Translations under genes and position numbers: made by a program
Source: Promethearchaeota archaeon
GTDB taxonomy: Archaea; Asgardarchaeota; Heimdallarchaeia; Hodarchaeales; Hodarchaeaceae
Direction of reading: 5' to 3'
NCBI GenBank assembly: GCA_048938105.1
Contig: JBHLMN010000022.1
Location: forward strand, 1-64,000
DNA: 64,000 nucleotides
The notes under the pieces: generated by a model
What the model saw: the letters and a program-made list of their open reading frames with translations, nothing else
Told to the model about the DNA's origin: nothing
Databases searched by the model: none
Shown here: positions 1 through 10,591 of the stretch, piece after piece
Layout: the number at the start of each line of letters is the position of its first letter
Position numbering within the stretch: position 1 is the first letter of the stretch

Positions 1-169
1 ATTTTGATAATTTCATCAGAATAAAAACTAATATTTTTCTATATAAGCACATGAATTATTATACAGCTCACCAACCCCCTGATATCATGGTTTACGAACG
101 GTTTGCCCATCTACGGTTGGACTTTCACATAATAACAGAACGATTATTGCCATCTACATCCTTTTACTA

Positions 170-232
170 TCTTGTCGGGTTATGCACATCTTTTTGCTTT
201 CTAATTTTCATCATAGCATCAATTTGACATTT
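170..232 (+). repeat. 63-bp intergenic direct repeat, copy 1 (copy 2 at 3382-3444)
   Basis: tcttgtcggg...aatttgacattt; 60/63 identical by eye. Confidence 0.9.
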
Positions 233-423
233 TTGTCTTTTGTCCATCCTCAGTTTTTTCGTCTCTCGTTGATAGTTATGGATCTGTCTGTTCAGATACA
301 ACACTTCTTCATTATGCCAAAGATTCTATTCTGCTTTTATTCCTTCATTTTCTAACTAACATAAATAAAATTCTTCTCTGTCTCCGTAGAAAGCTTTTTA
401 TATCTAAGAGACCCTTTGAACCT

Positions 424-1149
424 GTGAAGCATCTTTTCTCTCAAATACTTACTGCATCAGATGCAAGGAATACTTCATACTTCTTAGATGTGGTGATTAC
501 TTACTCTTTTCTTCAGTTCCATTGGTTTCTTCTTGCTTTTGTTTGTATTATCTTGATAGAGGCTGTTGTTTATTATATATTCTGGAGAGGGCTAATTACG
601 TCATTTAAGGTTTCGATTGTAACAAATATCTGTTCTTCATTAGTGGCGGTTCCATTTCTTCTCCTATCAGATTTTTCAAGCTGGCTAGAATTAATTACTA
701 CTGCTGAATTATTTATAACAGAGGAAGAAATAACACGTTTGTTTGATGTGATTTCAATAATTTTCATTTTTTTTGTGACCACCTGTTTGGTCTCCATCTT
801 TATAGAGCTTAATATTGGTAATCTATTGAAACCCTCACAAGAAAACGACCTCAAAGTTTATGCGATAGCAAATTCAATTACATACACTTCCATAATAATC
901 ATCCTTGTAAGTATGGGTCTTTTATTTGGTATAACAAACCAAGATCCTACACTGAACTCAAATGATTTCTTTAATGACTGGTTATTCCTTTCACTCGATG
1001 CAGATTATGTACCAGATTTCTTCTCAATTTTTAGTGGATATGCTGGATTAATTGAAAGCATTTTTGTATTGATAATCATTGTCGTCCTTATCCTCTATAT
1101 TAGAAGTACCAAGTCTTCTGTTTCAACACCTCCTCCAGAGGATAAATGA
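424..1149 (+). CDS. multi-pass membrane protein, unknown function
   Basis: 241-aa ORF with about 5-6 hydrophobic helices; start uncertain. Confidence 0.75.
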   Translation: MKHLFSQILTASDARNTSYFLDVVITYSFLQFHWFLLAFVCIILIEAVVYYIFWRGLITSFKVSIVTNICSSLVAVPFLLLSDFSSWLELITTAELFITEEEITRLFDVISIIFIFFVTTCLVSIFIELNIGNLLKPSQENDLKVYAIANSITYTSIIIILVSMGLLFGITNQDPTLNSNDFFNDWLFLSLDADYVPDFFSIFSGYAGLIESIFVLIIIVVLILYIRSTKSSVSTPPPEDK

Positions 1150-1153
1150 ATGC

Positions 1154-3121
1154 TTAGAACTCACGTTTATATCCTTGGATAGCAGTTCGAATTATTACAA
1201 CAACAAGGACAATTACACCAGAAGTAAAAAAGAGAAAATAACCTATCAAAGTAGGCATATAATCATTTAGATTAGGAATAGGTCTATATAGATACATTTT
1301 ATAAGGATTACCGGGATTCATTCCCCAAATGGGGGAGTATTGATTATAAACCAATTCTTGCCATCCATACTTCAAAGTAGTGGTCATCTTAGCCCAATTA
1401 GAGGCATTAATTTCATCTAAATTCTCATAAATCCCAGTTTGAGGGTCAATTGCGTCATATTTTCCTCTTTCGAGACCCCAAATAGCGGTTTTAGCGTCTT
1501 TCACTACAGCTACTTTTATAGTTTCAATAGAGGCGTTCGGCCAAAAAATCCCCCCACCTGTTGCTGAGGGATTGTGACCTATCTTAGCTTGGTTGTAATT
1601 GTCTGATTTGACAAGTATTACTTGATCAAAATTATAACTTTCAAATTCATAAGGCCCACAACCAATGAGTTTCTCCTTCCCATGATTTGTTTCATGAGTT
1701 CTCCAATCCTTGAGTGCAATTTGTTCCATTTGTGCTTTTTGAATTATGGGTAAACCAAACACAGCTGTCGTCATATAAGGGTAGAAGGATTGGAGGGTGA
1801 ATTTTACAGTGTAAGTACCAAGTTTCTTAATACTTGCTGATGCATTTTTTCCAAACCTATCCTCTATGAAACTCAAGGTTGGAGCCCTTTTGAGTTCTTC
1901 ATTAAAAAGGGAGTGATAACTGAAGACAACATCATCAGCAGTCACTTCTGTACCATCATGCCATTGAACTCCTTGGCGGAGAGTTACAATCCATTCTAAT
2001 CCATTAGAGCTGCTTTCCCAATTCTTTGCAAGTAGAGGAACAGGATGGGTGAGATTATAGTCCCCTCGTCTAGCAGCAAGTGATAAGAAGATATTCTTTA
2101 CGACCACTGAATCGGAATAATAGTTTGATAACAGTGGATTAAAGTTTACAAAGTCTACTGGAATGGTGTAAGTCATAGTAGTTTGGTTTTTAATGGTACA
2201 ATTATTAAAAAACGCCCCTCTACCAACCAAGTAGGTATCAAAACCTTTTATTTTTGGATCCATAATAAACATATCTTGTTCCTGACATATAATAGACATA
2301 GGAACCTGATCATTAAACCATTTTTGGAAATCGCATAGTCCTTGAATACGAGAGTTTGGATCACTTGAATTGAGTGTTCTCCCCCAAATTTCTTCAACTA
2401 CTGAATTTTCAATCCAAGCATAATTGTTCCCTGTAGGAACATAAGCTTTCCTAAGAAATTTACTACTATAATCAGGGTCAGCACTAGCAAACTGATCCAT
2501 GAAGATAGCATCATAACCACCATGGATATAGTCATAGCCAGTCTCTATTGGATCAAAAAACAGACGAGGCACGATAATATTCCAGTTCCACCACTTTAAT
2601 GTAGTATAAATACCTATATTTCTAAATGATTGTGCAATTAATGGTACCCATTGAGTTCGAGCCTGATTAGTCATTGGAGAAACAAGAGTCATTCTAAAAT
2701 AAGGAACGGTTGTATAAGTTTCATTTTGAATTGCCTCATTGTAGGTTTTACCAAAAACTTCCGTGAGAAGTGCCAATGACATAGATGGATTATATGAGCG
2801 AGGAGAAATGTCTTGATCATAAATTTCAATCAGATTTTTACCAATAGGTGTTGCGATCAGTTCAGCATGTCCATCATATATCTCGTCAATGATTCTTTGT
2901 CTCGGAATAGCAAGATCCATAGCTAACCTGATTTTCTTTCTATCGTCATCCAGAAGGTTTTCATAATACCAAGTTATGTCCTTATTTTCCCATTCCTCTT
3001 CGAGGTCTTTCATAGGAATGAATACTTTAGCGAAAATCTGATTTAAAACTAGTGGATGTGTAGGAGTTAGAATCAAAAAGAATAAGGTTAAAACTAACAC
3101 TGTAAGTGCTAATTTCTTCAT
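1154..3121 (-). CDS. ABC peptide/nickel-type solute-binding protein (family 5), circularly permuted, C-terminal TM anchor
   Basis: Motifs LAKNWESSSNGLEWIVTLRQGVQWHDGTEVTADDVVFS, IGCGPY and KIRLAMDLAIPR. Signal peptide MKKLAL follows an SD-like GGGAG (ORF track starts at 3145). Confidence 0.9.
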   Translation of the reverse strand: MKKLALTVLVLTLFFLILTPTHPLVLNQIFAKVFIPMKDLEEEWENKDITWYYENLLDDDRKKIRLAMDLAIPRQRIIDEIYDGHAELIATPIGKNLIEIYDQDISPRSYNPSMSLALLTEVFGKTYNEAIQNETYTTVPYFRMTLVSPMTNQARTQWVPLIAQSFRNIGIYTTLKWWNWNIIVPRLFFDPIETGYDYIHGGYDAIFMDQFASADPDYSSKFLRKAYVPTGNNYAWIENSVVEEIWGRTLNSSDPNSRIQGLCDFQKWFNDQVPMSIICQEQDMFIMDPKIKGFDTYLVGRGAFFNNCTIKNQTTMTYTIPVDFVNFNPLLSNYYSDSVVVKNIFLSLAARRGDYNLTHPVPLLAKNWESSSNGLEWIVTLRQGVQWHDGTEVTADDVVFSYHSLFNEELKRAPTLSFIEDRFGKNASASIKKLGTYTVKFTLQSFYPYMTTAVFGLPIIQKAQMEQIALKDWRTHETNHGKEKLIGCGPYEFESYNFDQVILVKSDNYNQAKIGHNPSATGGGIFWPNASIETIKVAVVKDAKTAIWGLERGKYDAIDPQTGIYENLDEINASNWAKMTTTLKYGWQELVYNQYSPIWGMNPGNPYKMYLYRPIPNLNDYMPTLIGYFLFFTSGVIVLVVVIIRTAIQGYKREF

Positions 3122-3381
3122 GAAAAACTCCCATTTACAATCCATTTTGTGTTAGCTTAATCACACAACAATTTTTTACATTGTTTTCAAATTTATTTGA
3201 AAATTATTTAAGACATTCCCTTGTATTCTCTACGTATTCTTTACCAGCTTTAAATTACTCAAACTAGTCTTTTCTCCCCCAGAAAGAGCGAAATCTTATC
3301 CAAGAGTAAATTCGGCTAAAAAATAGTATAAATGTCACATATTAACCTTTCAATTAATGAAATAGAACAAAGAGGTTTGTG

Positions 3382-3444
3382 TCTTGTCGGGCTACGCACA
3401 TCTTTTTGCGTTCTAATTTTCATCATAGCATCAATTTGACATTT
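3382..3444 (+). repeat. 63-bp intergenic direct repeat, copy 2
   Basis: matches 170-232. Confidence 0.9.
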
Positions 3445-3671
3445 CTTTATTTCATTTAGTGATTCAATCTTTTCTGAAAATATCCGCTAATACTCGGCCG
3501 GTTATTCAGGTAGAATTATGGTAGAACGAAGGCAACATATAAACTAGCCTTATTGGAGAGCTAAAAAATTAATACTTTCTCATCTACAGGAATGTTGTGA
3601 AAAAAATTAACTAATTTCGGCTAAAATTAGGAAAAAATAGTATTTCAATTGTATTCAAGTTATATGATGAA

Positions 3672-3685
3672 GTGAATCTTTTTAT
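3672..3685 (+). promoter_or_regulatory. putative BRE/TATA promoter shared by three NosD paralogues
   Basis: GTGAATCTTTTTAT about 37 bp before ATG 3722; the same motif lies at an equivalent distance upstream of the genes starting at 29229 and 56055. Confidence 0.65.
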
Positions 3686-3721
3686 CTACTAACTTTATCA
3701 ATGAAATCATTGGGAAAGAGA

Positions 3722-5491
3722 ATGGAAAGAGTCACAAATTCTTGTTTCATGCTCATTAGTACGGTATTACTAATCAATTTGACCTTTATTTGGTCAGGGG
3801 TACATAATTGGATTATTGAGGCGCCAAATAATCGTTTTAAATTTGATAATTACCATTCACAGAGTTCAAATTTCCAAATCAGTTTTCAAATCTCTTCACA
3901 AGTTTTATCTCAATATGAGGACCATTCTCGTATAACAATCATTGGGGATAATGCTTTTTTTACTCAAGCAGATGAAAATAATTGGCCTGGTAATGGTACC
4001 CCTTCATCTCCGATTGTTATTGATGGCCTTAATATTTCAGGATCTTTTGATAGTAATCTGATTCAAATTCGTAATACTAATGTGCATTTTCTAATCAGAA
4101 ATTGCCTATTAATTGGAGGACAAAATGGAATTGAATTAAATAATGTGAAGAATGGGTATATATTTAACAATACTATTACATATAACCGCCATGAAGGAAT
4201 TCACCTTTTTTCCTCTAAGTACAACATTCTATCCAACAATATCATTACCGATAATCAGGTACATAGAATTGGGCTTAGAGGTTCTCAAAATAATACCTTT
4301 TCTGGTAATATAATCATCAACAACAGGGAAAACGGGGTTTACTTTGACGCGTCTACGCATAACATCTTATCTGGTAATAATGTTATCAACAACAGAAGAA
4401 TTGGAATTCAACTTGAGAGTATGGGGAGTAACACCTTGTTTAACAATACTATCACCAACAATAATGAAACTGGAATTCATCTCAGTACTTCCGGGTATAA
4501 CTTTATTCTTAACAATACTATTGTTAATAACTCAGAGTACGGAATTCGCCTTTATGACTCAGATGGCAACACTTTATTAAGCAATACTGTCAGTAATAAT
4601 TATGAAACAGGAATTTCTCTTAGTAGTTCTGATTTTAACACTCTATCTGATAACAGCGTTACCAACAATACTGATGGAGGAATTAATCTTTATAATTCTG
4701 GCAGTAGTGCCTTGTCTAGAATTCTTCTCACCAAAAACAGTGGATACGGAATAAACTTCGAATACTCTGAGAACAGTCTTATTTCTAACTGTACTATTAC
4801 CCTTAATTATGGGTATGGGATTTTACTAGACAATTACTCTCAATATAATAGAGTTCTTTTTAATAATCTATCTGGAAACCTCATCACTGGTGCTCAAGCC
4901 GCAGATAATGGCTTAAATAATATTTTTGGATTCAATTATTGGAGTGACTGGACAAGTTCAGATAGCGATGAAGATGGTATTCTAGATGAATCTTATATGA
5001 TTGATGGTTCAGCGAATAACAAAGATACATACCCGCTCACATCTTTTAATTTGCCTAAGAATCACTTCATAACCACCCCGACAGTTTCATATCCTAGTAT
5101 GGGAGTATATTCAGGTAGAACACTTATTCTATGGGAAAACAGTATTGACTCTTGGATTCATACTGTTACTTATACAGTTTATTTTTCTGCTAATGGGGGG
5201 ACAACGTGGGTTACATTGATATCGGATTTTATTGGAACAATGTATATTTGGGATACCACTACAGTAATTGATGGAACCAACTATTTCATAAAAGTTAATG
5301 CGACCTGTGCTGAAGGGGTCTGGAGTGCCGATATTTCTGATGGTCCATTAACAATCTATAATCTTGCGCCTTCATCCTCTGTGACAACTACAGCTATAAT
5401 GGTTGATGACATTCCTAATAATGTTATTGCAGGATTAATAATCCTAGTGGTAATAATTATAGTAATAATTATACGAAAAGTAAGCGATTGA
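3722..5491 (+). CDS. NosD/pectin-lyase-like parallel beta-helix surface protein with Ig-like domain and C-terminal TM anchor
   Basis: 22-aa GIxLxxSxxNxLxxNxIxxN repeats, WPGNGT..PIVI cap, NYWSDW..DGILD..Y motif. Start moved to MERVTNS by homology with the paralogue leaders. Confidence 0.9.
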   Translation: MERVTNSCFMLISTVLLINLTFIWSGVHNWIIEAPNNRFKFDNYHSQSSNFQISFQISSQVLSQYEDHSRITIIGDNAFFTQADENNWPGNGTPSSPIVIDGLNISGSFDSNLIQIRNTNVHFLIRNCLLIGGQNGIELNNVKNGYIFNNTITYNRHEGIHLFSSKYNILSNNIITDNQVHRIGLRGSQNNTFSGNIIINNRENGVYFDASTHNILSGNNVINNRRIGIQLESMGSNTLFNNTITNNNETGIHLSTSGYNFILNNTIVNNSEYGIRLYDSDGNTLLSNTVSNNYETGISLSSSDFNTLSDNSVTNNTDGGINLYNSGSSALSRILLTKNSGYGINFEYSENSLISNCTITLNYGYGILLDNYSQYNRVLFNNLSGNLITGAQAADNGLNNIFGFNYWSDWTSSDSDEDGILDESYMIDGSANNKDTYPLTSFNLPKNHFITTPTVSYPSMGVYSGRTLILWENSIDSWIHTVTYTVYFSANGGTTWVTLISDFIGTMYIWDTTTVIDGTNYFIKVNATCAEGVWSADISDGPLTIYNLAPSSSVTTTAIMVDDIPNNVIAGLIILVVIIIVIIIRKVSD

Positions 5492-5585
5492 AGTTAAAAT
5501 ACTCGATACATGTTTCTTCTCAATTATCAGGGGAAATACTAGTGAACTTATCAAAGAAACAGAAATAAAGATAAAACAAAGAGGT

Positions 5586-5888
5586 TTGTTCATAATGTCG
5601 GTATCTGTAAAAGTGGACTTTAAGAAGAACAGAATAATTGTAAATAAACCATTATTTTCTGTTAAAAATATCTATACCCTGAGTCGTGAAAAAGGAAAAA
5701 TAACACGACTGGAGAAAAAAAATGAAGAAGTGGAGGGAAAATTAATATCAAAAATATATTTCAAACGCTATGCTAAGAGTGAAAGTGAAAAATGGTTTAA
5801 TCTAGCTCATGAAGCTGAAATTACTCCCAAAGAAGCTAGTAAACTGATTAAAGAAACAGAAATAAAGAAAGTTGATAGGATTCTTTAA
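5586..5888 (+). CDS. small basic hypothetical protein
   Basis: 100-aa Lys-rich ORF with SD-like GAGGT; a remnant of its own 3' end lies just upstream (5539-5571). Confidence 0.6.
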   Translation: MFIMSVSVKVDFKKNRIIVNKPLFSVKNIYTLSREKGKITRLEKKNEEVEGKLISKIYFKRYAKSESEKWFNLAHEAEITPKEASKLIKETEIKKVDRIL

Positions 5889-5907
5889 TTTTCTATTGAA
5901 ATTTAGA

Positions 5908-6040
5908 TTATTGTTCACTCCTCTTTGGTATTACTTAAGTGGTTATCAACTCCTGACGATCTAGATAACATCCTCAAAGCATAGATTACTTTACTGAGCC
6001 TTCTGTCTTGATCCTTGATAAAACCCTGTTGGAATAATCC
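5908..6040 (+). repeat. dispersed intergenic repeat family, partial copy (right arm and tail)
   Basis: tcactcctctttggtatt..agtggttatcaactcctgacgat and tgataaaac..tggaataat align with copies at 31934 and 57720. Confidence 0.65.
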
Positions 6041-6049
6041 CACATATAG

Positions 6050-7495
6050 TCAAAAATTAATCTCATTGGCAATTTTTTTAATAGCATGGATAAGAACATC
6101 AAAATCTTCTGTTTTACTTCTGTGATTTGTGATAGCAACTCTAATTACAAAATTTCCTCTCAATATTGTATGGGAGGGGACTGCTATACCTCTCTCATAC
6201 AATTGAAACAGAATTTCTTCGTTAAATTTATTGAGCTTATCCTTGTCTAGTCCCTCTTTCTTGTATCTAAAACACACAATATTCATGGAGGTAGGTGCGA
6301 GTAGTTCCAAGTTCTGTTCTTTCTCGATTAGCTCTGTCAAATATTGTGCTTGTTGAATGTTTTGTTCTACTAAGCGGCCGTATTTTTCTATTCCATGCTC
6401 TTTTAGGCTCATCCATATTTTTAACGCTTTGAATTCACCAGACATTTCAACCCCATAATCACTGAACCATATTTTTCCTCCTGTTACACCTCGAATTCCC
6501 TGGGAGCAATAATCTGGGCTAAGAGCAAATGTTCGATAGTGGTCTTTTGCACTTTTAACAAGAACACAACCCGCTGCATAATTCACATACATCCACTTAT
6601 GAAAATCAAAAGCAATTGAATCTGCGCATTCAATTCCATCTGCAAGGTGATGGGATCTTGGGGATATTCTTGTTAATGCACCAAACGCACCATCGATATG
6701 AAACCACATGTTTTGTTGTTTTGCAATATCTGCAAGTGCATTAAGATTATCTACTGCTCCAGTATTAACTGTTCCAAGATTTCCAATGATACAGATGGGT
6801 TTGTAATTATTTTGCCTATCCTTTTGTATCATTTCTTTTAACTCGTCAAGATTAATTTGAAACTTCTCAGTCACAGAGATTCTTCTGAGGTTTTTATTTC
6901 CAATTCCTAGGAGTTCAATCGCCTTTTGCAGAGAACTGTGCATTTCCTCGGATCCATAATAAGTTAATTTAACAAAGTTTGATTGTAATCCTTCTTCTCG
7001 AACATCAAATCCTGCTTTCACATTTCGAGCCACAGTGAGTCCAATTAAATTCGCCATGGAAGCCCCTCTAGTTATCAATCCAGATGCTTGGGGATCATAA
7101 CCTAGCATTTCTTTCACCCATTCAATGATCTGATTTTCGACATAACTAGCACCATGTTCAAAATCTCCAGAAGTTGCATTCAAAGCTGAAGCAATTAAAT
7201 CTCCATAGGCACCAAATAGAGTACCTGTTCCAAAGACCCAACCCCAAAAAAAGGGGTGAATATTTCCCAATCTATAAGCGATCACATTCTCTTTCATTTC
7301 ATCATAGATTGAGTGAATATTCTGTCCCTTTTTAGGGATTGATCCTCGAAATCTTCCTTTCACTTCTGGTGGGATAGGTCGCCAAACTGGTTGACTTCGG
7401 ATATTCTGCAAATAATTAACCATATCATCAATAATTTGGTGTCCTAATGTTCTCATCTCCTCCCACTCTTCTGGATCTAACGTCTCTTCTATCAT
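6050..7495 (-). CDS. PLP-dependent group II decarboxylase (aromatic-L-amino-acid/glutamate decarboxylase family)
   Basis: [36 protein letters not shown] and the DFHKW PLP lysine. Confidence 0.93.
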   Translation of the reverse strand: MIEETLDPEEWEEMRTLGHQIIDDMVNYLQNIRSQPVWRPIPPEVKGRFRGSIPKKGQNIHSIYDEMKENVIAYRLGNIHPFFWGWVFGTGTLFGAYGDLIASALNATSGDFEHGASYVENQIIEWVKEMLGYDPQASGLITRGASMANLIGLTVARNVKAGFDVREEGLQSNFVKLTYYGSEEMHSSLQKAIELLGIGNKNLRRISVTEKFQINLDELKEMIQKDRQNNYKPICIIGNLGTVNTGAVDNLNALADIAKQQNMWFHIDGAFGALTRISPRSHHLADGIECADSIAFDFHKWMYVNYAAGCVLVKSAKDHYRTFALSPDYCSQGIRGVTGGKIWFSDYGVEMSGEFKALKIWMSLKEHGIEKYGRLVEQNIQQAQYLTELIEKEQNLELLAPTSMNIVCFRYKKEGLDKDKLNKFNEEILFQLYERGIAVPSHTILRGNFVIRVAITNHRSKTEDFDVLIHAIKKIANEINF

Positions 7496-7733
7496 TAAAA
7501 TCTCCCTAGCTAAAACATAAACATACTCATGAATTCATTACATCTTCAAAGACAATTAATCATCCTTCCATTCATTTGAATTAAATATCTTTTTTGCCTT
7601 TTGTTTAACTTAAAATTCCATAAGAACTTCATTGATAAGGTTTTATTTGTTATAATTCTGTAGTAAGCATTATATTTCCAAGCTCGAATAAACTCGATCT
7701 CCTAGAGTTTTTCGGGTTGGCTCTTTATATTAA

Positions 7734-7790
7734 ATGGTTGATCACGCCTCCTTGGTAAAACTCTAGTGTTCAATTGTTCCTGAAAATCTA
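7734..7790 (+). repeat. dispersed intergenic repeat family, partial copy (right arm)
   Basis: atggttgatcacgcctccttggta..agtgttcaattgttcctgaaaatc vs atggttactcactcctccttggta at about 31995. Confidence 0.65.
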
Positions 7791-7846
7791 AAAAGCATTC
7801 TCTAAGTGTATTGAATAATCATTGGGTTGTAGAATTTATTAATGAA

Positions 7847-9358
7847 TTAACGTGAACGAGGAAGTGTAAAATGGACTTCTGTACCCTTATTTATTCCTTC
7901 TGAAAATATCCAAATTTTTCCTTTATGCTCTTTAATAATCTTTTTACTTAAAAATAACCCTAATCCCAACCCTTGGTGAGGTTTATTTGTATTACTATCG
8001 AGAGGCCTGAAATCTGCAAATAAATTATCAAAATCTTGGGTATCAATCCCTACTCCAGTGTCTTTTACTATAATATAATACATATTTTCTTGTTTTTTCA
8101 ATAATACATCAATTCGACCTTTTTCTGTAAATTTAATCGAATTATGTATTAAATTTCTAATTACTTGTTCAATAGCTTTTGCATCACACAGAATGAGATT
8201 ATCCTGATCCTGATTATTAACTGGATTGGGAGTGAAATTGAGAGTCAATCCTTTTTTTGTAACCAAGAGTTTCATGTCTTCTATAGTGGTCTTTATGACA
8301 TCATAAAGATTATAATAGTCAAAATTAAGATAAATCTGTTTTTGTTTGGCCATTGATAAGCTATAGATATTGTTGATCATAATTTCCATTCGATTCATGT
8401 TACGAATAATGCCACCAATGATTTTTTCTTTGTCTTCAGGCAACAAATCATTACGTTGCAGCAGTAACTCAAAATTCCCTTTGACAATGTGAAATGGAGT
8501 ACGTATTTCATGAGATGTAACAGATATGAACTGGTCTTTCATTTCTGATATGCCTTTTTGATCTTCTAACTGTTTTTCTAGAAGAATAAAGGCTTCTTCT
8601 TTAATCATAGATCTTGTACGGAAAACCATTAACATTAATGTCAGTATTGCGATACAAGAAAGCGTTGCACCGAGTACTCCTAGATTAAAAGTCTCCTCAC
8701 TAAGTAAAGACATATCTCCTTCCCAATATCCAAGTATAGATCCAAGAGACAGACCTGAAAACCCTAAACCAAAAAGTCTATAATTCCTATATATAAGTAG
8801 ATATTCCTCTGTTTCCTCCTTCTGATAGAAAATAATGTGTTGAAGGGGTTTATAGAAGCAACTCACAATTATAGTAACATTAAATATTATAGCAATAGAA
8901 AGTATAAATGTTATTAGTATATCAGAAATAAATTGTATAGCCCCATTAGCTGAAGAGAGATTTACAAGGAGAAAAGCGATAACACTTATAGTTAATGAAA
9001 ATATTACTATAATAATCAAAGAAATGGTTGCTAGAAAAAGAATTATACTAATATATCTTAGATTTAATGCAACAAAAAGCATTAACCAAATTATAGTCAA
9101 AGTCAAAAAAACCATTGAGAGAATGGGTAGAATAATCATATAGAATAGTCCTTTTTCATTGAATGAAGAAAAATAGAAAAGGTAGACATGATTTGTAAAA
9201 AAATAAATAGACAAATTAGAAAAGAAGAGTGTAAGGATAAAGTTTCTTTTTGTTTGAAAGATTTTACTTTGATAAATGGTTATTGCAGACATTATAAATA
9301 ATGTAAGGGAAAATGAAAGAGTCATACTTGCAAGAAATTGCCATAACCATAAGTTCAT
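7847..9358 (-). CDS. membrane sensor histidine kinase (about 7 TM + HisKA + HATPase_c)
   Basis: H box SHEIRTP, N box NLIHNSIKFT, G1 DTGVGI, G2 GLGLGL. Confidence 0.93.
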   Translation of the reverse strand: MNLWLWQFLASMTLSFSLTLFIMSAITIYQSKIFQTKRNFILTLFFSNLSIYFFTNHVYLFYFSSFNEKGLFYMIILPILSMVFLTLTIIWLMLFVALNLRYISIILFLATISLIIIVIFSLTISVIAFLLVNLSSANGAIQFISDILITFILSIAIIFNVTIIVSCFYKPLQHIIFYQKEETEEYLLIYRNYRLFGLGFSGLSLGSILGYWEGDMSLLSEETFNLGVLGATLSCIAILTLMLMVFRTRSMIKEEAFILLEKQLEDQKGISEMKDQFISVTSHEIRTPFHIVKGNFELLLQRNDLLPEDKEKIIGGIIRNMNRMEIMINNIYSLSMAKQKQIYLNFDYYNLYDVIKTTIEDMKLLVTKKGLTLNFTPNPVNNQDQDNLILCDAKAIEQVIRNLIHNSIKFTEKGRIDVLLKKQENMYYIIVKDTGVGIDTQDFDNLFADFRPLDSNTNKPHQGLGLGLFLSKKIIKEHKGKIWIFSEGINKGTEVHFTLPRSR

Positions 9359-9688
9359 CCTTTATTGTCCTAAAAATTGTTGAAAACACGATATATATAC
9401 TTTCTTTCCTTAAAAAGATATTGAAATAATAGAGCAATTTCAATGACTTCAGCTTTTAAAAAAGAGAATTTTGATCTCAGACTCCTAGATACAATTAAAA
9501 TCTTAGCCTAAAGAAATGGTGACACCAAGTTAAGAATTAGGGATCTTAGTTCAAGCTAAGATTCAAGCCTCGGAATAAAAAAACTGTATGGACATAAAAG
9601 ACCTTATCAATTTCTTATAGGAAATTATTTTGGTAAACAAAGGATTATAGATAAAACTTAACGGAGGATTGTTTGATCTATTTTTAGG

Positions 9689-10465
9689 TTATTTCTCCCA
9701 TTCTTTTTTTCGCCAAACCTTTGGAATTAATGCTCCTACTCGTTCTCTATACTCACGATAGGGTTGGCCAAATCGTTTCAGTAAATCCTTTTCTTCATAG
9801 TATATATACACCGGGACATAAATAACCACCAAAATGGTAACCCATACGGTTATAAATAACGAATTAATAAAGAAACCAATTGCAATATAAAGTGGCATTT
9901 CTCCCCAAATCCCTGGATGACGGATAATATTGTAAATCCCTTCATGAAGGGTTGTTTCTCTCATAGGTTTCATATGTTCTTTTCCTCCATGCTTTAATGC
10001 AAAATAGAGGATAATTGAACATGGTACGAAAATTAATATGGCTATTAGTATACCCAGTACGTTTTCCTGAAAGATGGCTATATTTAATTCCGTGATTGGG
10101 AACCAAATCCATAGAAACATATTTATTATCATTACTATAAGGGCATAACTCATTTTCAGTCTATCTTGATAACATTCCTCCCATGCATCTTGGCCAATCT
10201 TTTCTTCTCGAGTAACAGGCATAACACTTCTAATGCTAAAATATGCAAATAATAGTGCAGAAAGATTCAAAGATAAGAGGTTGATAGTGCTTATGAAAGG
10301 TTTATAGAAAAGAAATATGTCTTGACCTAAAAACTCTGTGTATAGTAAGAAGAGGGAAATAACAGCTATTAGGAAAATGATTGTCCAATAACCCCATCTA
10401 ATAAGACTCCAAATCCAGTTTTTATTGTTTATTTCTGTTTGATTCAGCTCTTTCATCTTCATCAT
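9689..10465 (-). CDS. isoprenylcysteine carboxyl methyltransferase / PEMT family membrane protein
   Basis: GIYNIIRHPG and EEKDLLKRFGQPYREYRERV motifs; multiple TM helices. Confidence 0.85.
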   Translation of the reverse strand: MMKMKELNQTEINNKNWIWSLIRWGYWTIIFLIAVISLFLLYTEFLGQDIFLFYKPFISTINLLSLNLSALLFAYFSIRSVMPVTREEKIGQDAWEECYQDRLKMSYALIVMIINMFLWIWFPITELNIAIFQENVLGILIAILIFVPCSIILYFALKHGGKEHMKPMRETTLHEGIYNIIRHPGIWGEMPLYIAIGFFINSLFITVWVTILVVIYVPVYIYYEEKDLLKRFGQPYREYRERVGALIPKVWRKKEWEK

Positions 10466-10591
10466 CTTAAATAATTGGTTAAGAATAATATAAATGGATA
10501 TATTGTTAGAAAGCCAATGATAACCATCGTAATCACCTCTAAAATGATTTTCAGATATTTTCCTTTGGATTCTTTCTCAGTTTGAATAGAA

